A stretch of DNA of 34,968 nucleotides, from contig CASDRW010000126.1 of the NCBI GenBank assembly GCA_949283275.1, forward strand, positions 1-34,968, read 5' to 3'. Within the stretch, counting starts at the first letter, position 1. The number at the start of each line of letters is the position of its first letter. Origin of the DNA: an uncultured Pseudomonadota bacterium. Its GTDB lineage: Bacteria; Pseudomonadota; Alphaproteobacteria; RF32; CAG-239. Of this stretch, positions 32,109-34,968 are shown one piece after another. The notes beneath the pieces were generated by a model. The model saw nothing but the letters and a program-made list of their open reading frames with translations, did not search any database and was not told the origin of the DNA. Position numbers and translations under genes: made by a program.

Positions 32109-32961
32109 GAAATATGTTTTTCAAAGCCAAAATCCCGGCTATCGTTTTTTGTTTTTAGGCGCGGTTCACGGCAACGAAACTGCCGGCACTTTGGCGCAAC
32201 AACAAATTATCAAAATGCTAAACGAGCACAAACTCCGCCTCATCAAAGGTTCGGTTACTTTTATTCCGGTTGTCAACGAGGCCGCCCACAAAAAAGATTG
32301 CCGCTTTGTTGATGTCAATCTCAATCGTGTTGTCTGCAAGCACGCATTTCCATGCAACAACGAAGAGCGCATAGCCAATCTTCTCACCCAAGAAATTGAC
32401 AATTGCGACATCATGATAGACCTTCACTCCACACATTGCCCCAAAGACGAGGCCTTTGCTTTTATTGATTATCCAAGCCCAGACAATCAAAAAGTTCTTT
32501 CCGTCATTCCGGTTCGCTATGCTTTGGCTGGCTGGCCGGCAATCTATGCCAAAAGAGCAGACATTTCCAACTTTTGCACCGAATCTTATGCTCATTCGCA
32601 AGGCAAAATCGGTCTTACGGTAGAATGTGGCTACCACAAATCGCCTCAGTCCGTAAAAATAGCCCAAAACTCAATCCTAAATGTTTTGGCCTCTTTTGGT
32701 TGTATAGATATGCCCAAACCCTTGGCGCAATCGCCCGAGATAATCACTCTTGATTCCTATGTAATCAAGCCAAGTGAGGGCAATCTAAGCCGCTCGTTCA
32801 GTCATCTTGATTATCTGCCCCAAGGCACCACCATTGCTCAAACCGCAAACGGCCAAACATTCAAATCCTCGTTTGACGGCTATATCATCATGCCCAATCC
32901 CGAGGCCAATATAGGCAGCGAATGGTTTTATCTTGGCCGCAAGCAAAAACCATCTCTTTAA
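32101..32961 (+). CDS. Succinylglutamate desuccinylase/aspartoacylase (AstE/AspA) family zinc deacylase
   Basis: The N-terminal zinc-ligand motif FLGAVHGNETAG is present, followed later by IDLHS and TVECG blocks. It overlaps the preceding gene by 8 nt. Confidence 0.7.
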   Translation: MFKKYVFQSQNPGYRFLFLGAVHGNETAGTLAQQQIIKMLNEHKLRLIKGSVTFIPVVNEAAHKKDCRFVDVNLNRVVCKHAFPCNNEERIANLLTQEIDNCDIMIDLHSTHCPKDEAFAFIDYPSPDNQKVLSVIPVRYALAGWPAIYAKRADISNFCTESYAHSQGKIGLTVECGYHKSPQSVKIAQNSILNVLASFGCIDMPKPLAQSPEIITLDSYVIKPSEGNLSRSFSHLDYLPQGTTIAQTANGQTFKSSFDGYIIMPNPEANIGSEWFYLGRKQKPSL

Positions 32962-33035
32962 GCTAAGACAAAACCGCTTGACACTTTTGGGTATTTAGTG
33001 CTTTAATTGCCACAAAACCAAATTATGCAGTAATT

Positions 33036-33677
33036 ATGAATATATTAACAATCAAGAAAATTTTTGCCAAAGACCAAATGTTTTTGGGCAACGATGGCAG
33101 ACTTTATCGCTATGAGATTAAAGACGGTGTTGTAAAAACCTATCAAAAATCGGGCTCCAGCAATGTTACCGAACAACGATCTCCAAGGTACTTCTATCCG
33201 CAAAACGAAAGTGATTTTTGGCTAATCAAGCCAGATAGTTACTATCAAGTTCACTTCAAACAACCCGACGGGTTGCACATTGCGGTTAAATCACGCTGGA
33301 ACGATGATTGGCGGCCCGTCATCTATGGTGATTTGCTTTTTACCATTTCTGATATCCGCTGGATAGACAGCAATCCCTACAACCGGGTAACCGAGCCTAT
33401 CTATCGTGTTTACAGGGCCTTGGCCGACAAAAACGACTTTGTTGACATAACAAGCGATTCCATCCCCGCGGGATATAATATCGTCAAGATTGAGCCGGTA
33501 TCTTACGACAAAGTAGCCCTCAAGTTAAAACGACAAAACTCCGAACGGGTTTATCCTGAGCTGGTTTATCTTGACTACATTCCGCAAGATAAGGTTTTCT
33601 ACCAAGAAACCATCACATGGGAGCCTCTGACGTTGTTGCAAGGACAGCAGACTTTGCTCTTGAAAGCATCTAAATAA
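33036..33677 (+). CDS. Hypothetical protein (213 aa, no signal peptide, aromatic-rich)
   Basis: The ORF is uninterrupted, has TTGACA-containing upstream hexamers, and is followed by a strong terminator. Confidence 0.5.
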   Translation: MNILTIKKIFAKDQMFLGNDGRLYRYEIKDGVVKTYQKSGSSNVTEQRSPRYFYPQNESDFWLIKPDSYYQVHFKQPDGLHIAVKSRWNDDWRPVIYGDLLFTISDIRWIDSNPYNRVTEPIYRVYRALADKNDFVDITSDSIPAGYNIVKIEPVSYDKVALKLKRQNSERVYPELVYLDYIPQDKVFYQETITWEPLTLLQGQQTLLLKASK

Positions 33678-33688
33678 CGTCTGCAAAA

Positions 33689-33720
33689 AAAAACACCTCT
33701 GTTTGCTCAGAGGTGTTTTT
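33689..33720. terminator. Bidirectional intrinsic terminator
   Basis: The sequence is AAAAAACACCTCTG-TTTGCT-CAGAGGTGTTTTT. Confidence 0.8.
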
Positions 33721-33724
33721 AATT

Positions 33725-34300
33725 TTATTGGCGATTTCGGCGCAAACGTTTTTCTTTTTCCTCGCGTTTTTTAGCTCTTTCCAAAGCTCGTTCCTCGGCT
33801 TTTTTGGTAAAACGCGATTCTGTAATTCCTTGTTCTTCCTCCCATTTTTTTCGGCGCTCTTCCTCAGCTTCTTCCATGGCTTTTTTTTGAAAACGCGAGG
33901 CTTTTTCTTGTTTACGCTTCATAATTTCTTCGTATTTTTTCTCACGTCTGATGGTGTTTTCAATTGCTTTTTTCTTAAACCGATTGGTTTCAGCCTCTCT
34001 CTCTGCCGCAATTTCTGCTCTGCGTTCCGACAAGCGACGTTCTCTTTCAGTCATTAAAGCCTTTCTTTCTTCCTCTTGAGCCTGTTCAAGAGCTTTTTTT
34101 TCTTCTTCTAATTTTTTAGCTTCTTCTTCGGCCGCTTTCTTAGCCTCGGCCTCAGCTCTGGCAGCGGCTCTTCTTTCCATCTCGATTTTAACCATATTTG
34201 GAGGTTCTTCTCCATAAGGCAAAATTTTAGTTAACCCTTGAGCCAAAGCCGATGAACTTAAAACAAAAAACAAAAGTGATAACAAAACAACAAATTTCAT
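33725..34300 (-). CDS. Secreted, extremely E/K/R-rich coiled-coil protein with an internal periodic motif
   Basis: The ATG at 34300 sits 6 nt after a GGAG SD and gives the signal peptide MKFVVLLSLLFFVLSSSALAQG. The motif [NS]RF-x-KKA-x-E recurs three times (NRFKKKAIE, SRFQKKAMEE, SRFTKKAEE). Confidence 0.65.
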   Translation of the reverse strand: MKFVVLLSLLFFVLSSSALAQGLTKILPYGEEPPNMVKIEMERRAAARAEAEAKKAAEEEAKKLEEEKKALEQAQEEERKALMTERERRLSERRAEIAAEREAETNRFKKKAIENTIRREKKYEEIMKRKQEKASRFQKKAMEEAEEERRKKWEEEQGITESRFTKKAEERALERAKKREEKEKRLRRNRQ

Positions 34301-34406
34301 TTTCATCTCCGTCGTCAAAAATAATACAAACAGTTTACACATATTTATTTGACTTTTTCAAGATAAAGAAGAATGATAAACAAAAAACTTAAAGGACCAA
34401 AATAAG

Positions 34407-34862
34407 ATGAAAAAAATAATTGTAGCCGCGGCAGCATTGATAAAGGATGGCAGAATTTTTATAGCCAAACGTCCGGCTCATAAAAAACCGGCATTGGTTT
34501 GGGAATTTCCCGGCGGCAAACCAGAAGCCGGCGAAACTCTGCCCCAAGCCTTAAGGCGCGAATTACAAGAAGAATTACATATTGATACCGAAATTGGGGA
34601 TTTTATCTGCCAAACCACCTATATTTATGACTTTGCCAGCGTTGAAATTAACCTTTTTTATGCCCACATGAGCAACCCTAAGGCAACAATTATTGATAAT
34701 GAACATATTGATACAAAATGGGTACTGCCGTCCGAGCTTGATAATTACGAATTTGCCGCTGCGGATATTAATTTACTACCAACAATCAAGACATTGTCAT
34801 TTAAAAAACAAATTGGCATCCGCTCCAACAAAAAAGCTTCCTCTGACAGGGAAGCTTTTTAA
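34407..34862 (+). CDS. mutT: Nudix hydrolase (MutT-like 8-oxo-dGTP diphosphatase family)
   Basis: The Nudix box is GGKPEAGETLPQALRRELQEELHI, with the upstream context WEFPGGK. Confidence 0.75.
   Translation: MKKIIVAAAALIKDGRIFIAKRPAHKKPALVWEFPGGKPEAGETLPQALRRELQEELHIDTEIGDFICQTTYIYDFASVEINLFYAHMSNPKATIIDNEHIDTKWVLPSELDNYEFAAADINLLPTIKTLSFKKQIGIRSNKKASSDREAF
34833..34861 (+). terminator. Intrinsic terminator overlapping the last codons of the Nudix gene
   Basis: The sequence is AAGCTTCC-TCTGACAG-GGAAGCTT followed by TTT. Confidence 0.65.
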
Positions 34863-34879
34863 TTGGCGGATTATGCTCT

Positions 34880-34968
34880 AAGCGCAAATAATTTTTGCGC
34901 TGTAAGTTACGCGTTTGTTAGCTTGCGGCGTTTTAGAGTTTATCTCAAACGCCGCAAGCGTTACCATC
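34880..34968 (+). repeat. Dispersed structured element, copy C (5' part only; continues beyond the window)
   Basis: Hairpin 1 spans 34881-34901, followed by a GTTTGTTAGC linker. Hairpin 2 (GCTTGCGGCG / CGCCGCAAGC) spans 34921-34959 and is followed by GTTACC. This is the same order as copy A, with compensatory stem changes. Confidence 0.45.

Noticed and set aside
33713-34057. A 114-aa Phe/Ser/Leu-rich ORF opposite the E/K/R-rich gene. The underlying purine-rich DNA could also be mistaken for a tandem repeat array.
   Set aside because: It is the mirror image of GAA/AAA/AGA-rich coding sequence. It has no start context and crosses the bidirectional terminator. The periodicity is at protein-motif level, not an exact DNA repeat.
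34926-34949. GTTTTAGAG in the loop of hairpin 2 resembles the start of a type II CRISPR repeat or tracrRNA anti-repeat.
   Set aside because: It occurs only once. The window has no repeat-spacer periodicity and no cas genes. The 9-mer is AT-rich and probably coincidental.

Overview
This looks like a chromosomal segment from a moderately AT-rich Gram-negative bacterium. The protein signatures look proteobacterial, possibly alphaproteobacterial or endosymbiont-like, but that taxonomic call is inference only.

The backbone is housekeeping: argE, tRNA-Leu plus tig, prfC, a parvulin PPIase, secA, a pyruvate:ferredoxin oxidoreductase, two aminopeptidases (M17 and M29), tsaC/sua5, nhaA, tRNA-Gln and a Nudix hydrolase. 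I saw no rRNA, CRISPR array, transposase, integrase or reverse transcriptase.

Several accessory or unusual pieces sit between the housekeeping genes:
- (a) A dispersed structured non-coding element is present in at least three partial or complete copies (1-157, 2267-2340, 34880-window end). It ends in an intrinsic terminator, and two hairpins covary between copies.
- (b) A candidate Arg-codon-rich leader peptide plus terminator/antiterminator lies in front of a GNAT-argE operon.
- (c) A very AT-rich single-gene DUF262/DUF1524 (GmrSD-like) nuclease insert is present.
- (d) An HNH-nuclease and SUKH(SMI1/KNR4)-like pair is translationally coupled to tsaC.
- (e) tRNA-Gln is followed by an exact 38-bp duplication of its 3' end and scrambled tRNA fragments, which looks like an integration/excision scar. 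Orphan genes and an overlapping GNAT plus AstE/AspA-family pair lie downstream.
- (f) A four-gene ECF-sigma envelope-stress operon has a candidate ECF-type autoregulatory promoter.
- (g) A divergent pair of orphan genes (20027-21781) looks more GC-rich by eye than its surroundings.

Nearly every convergent gene pair is separated by a clear bidirectional hairpin terminator, and several terminators overlap the last codons of a CDS. All functional calls come from motif recognition by eye, with no database search.
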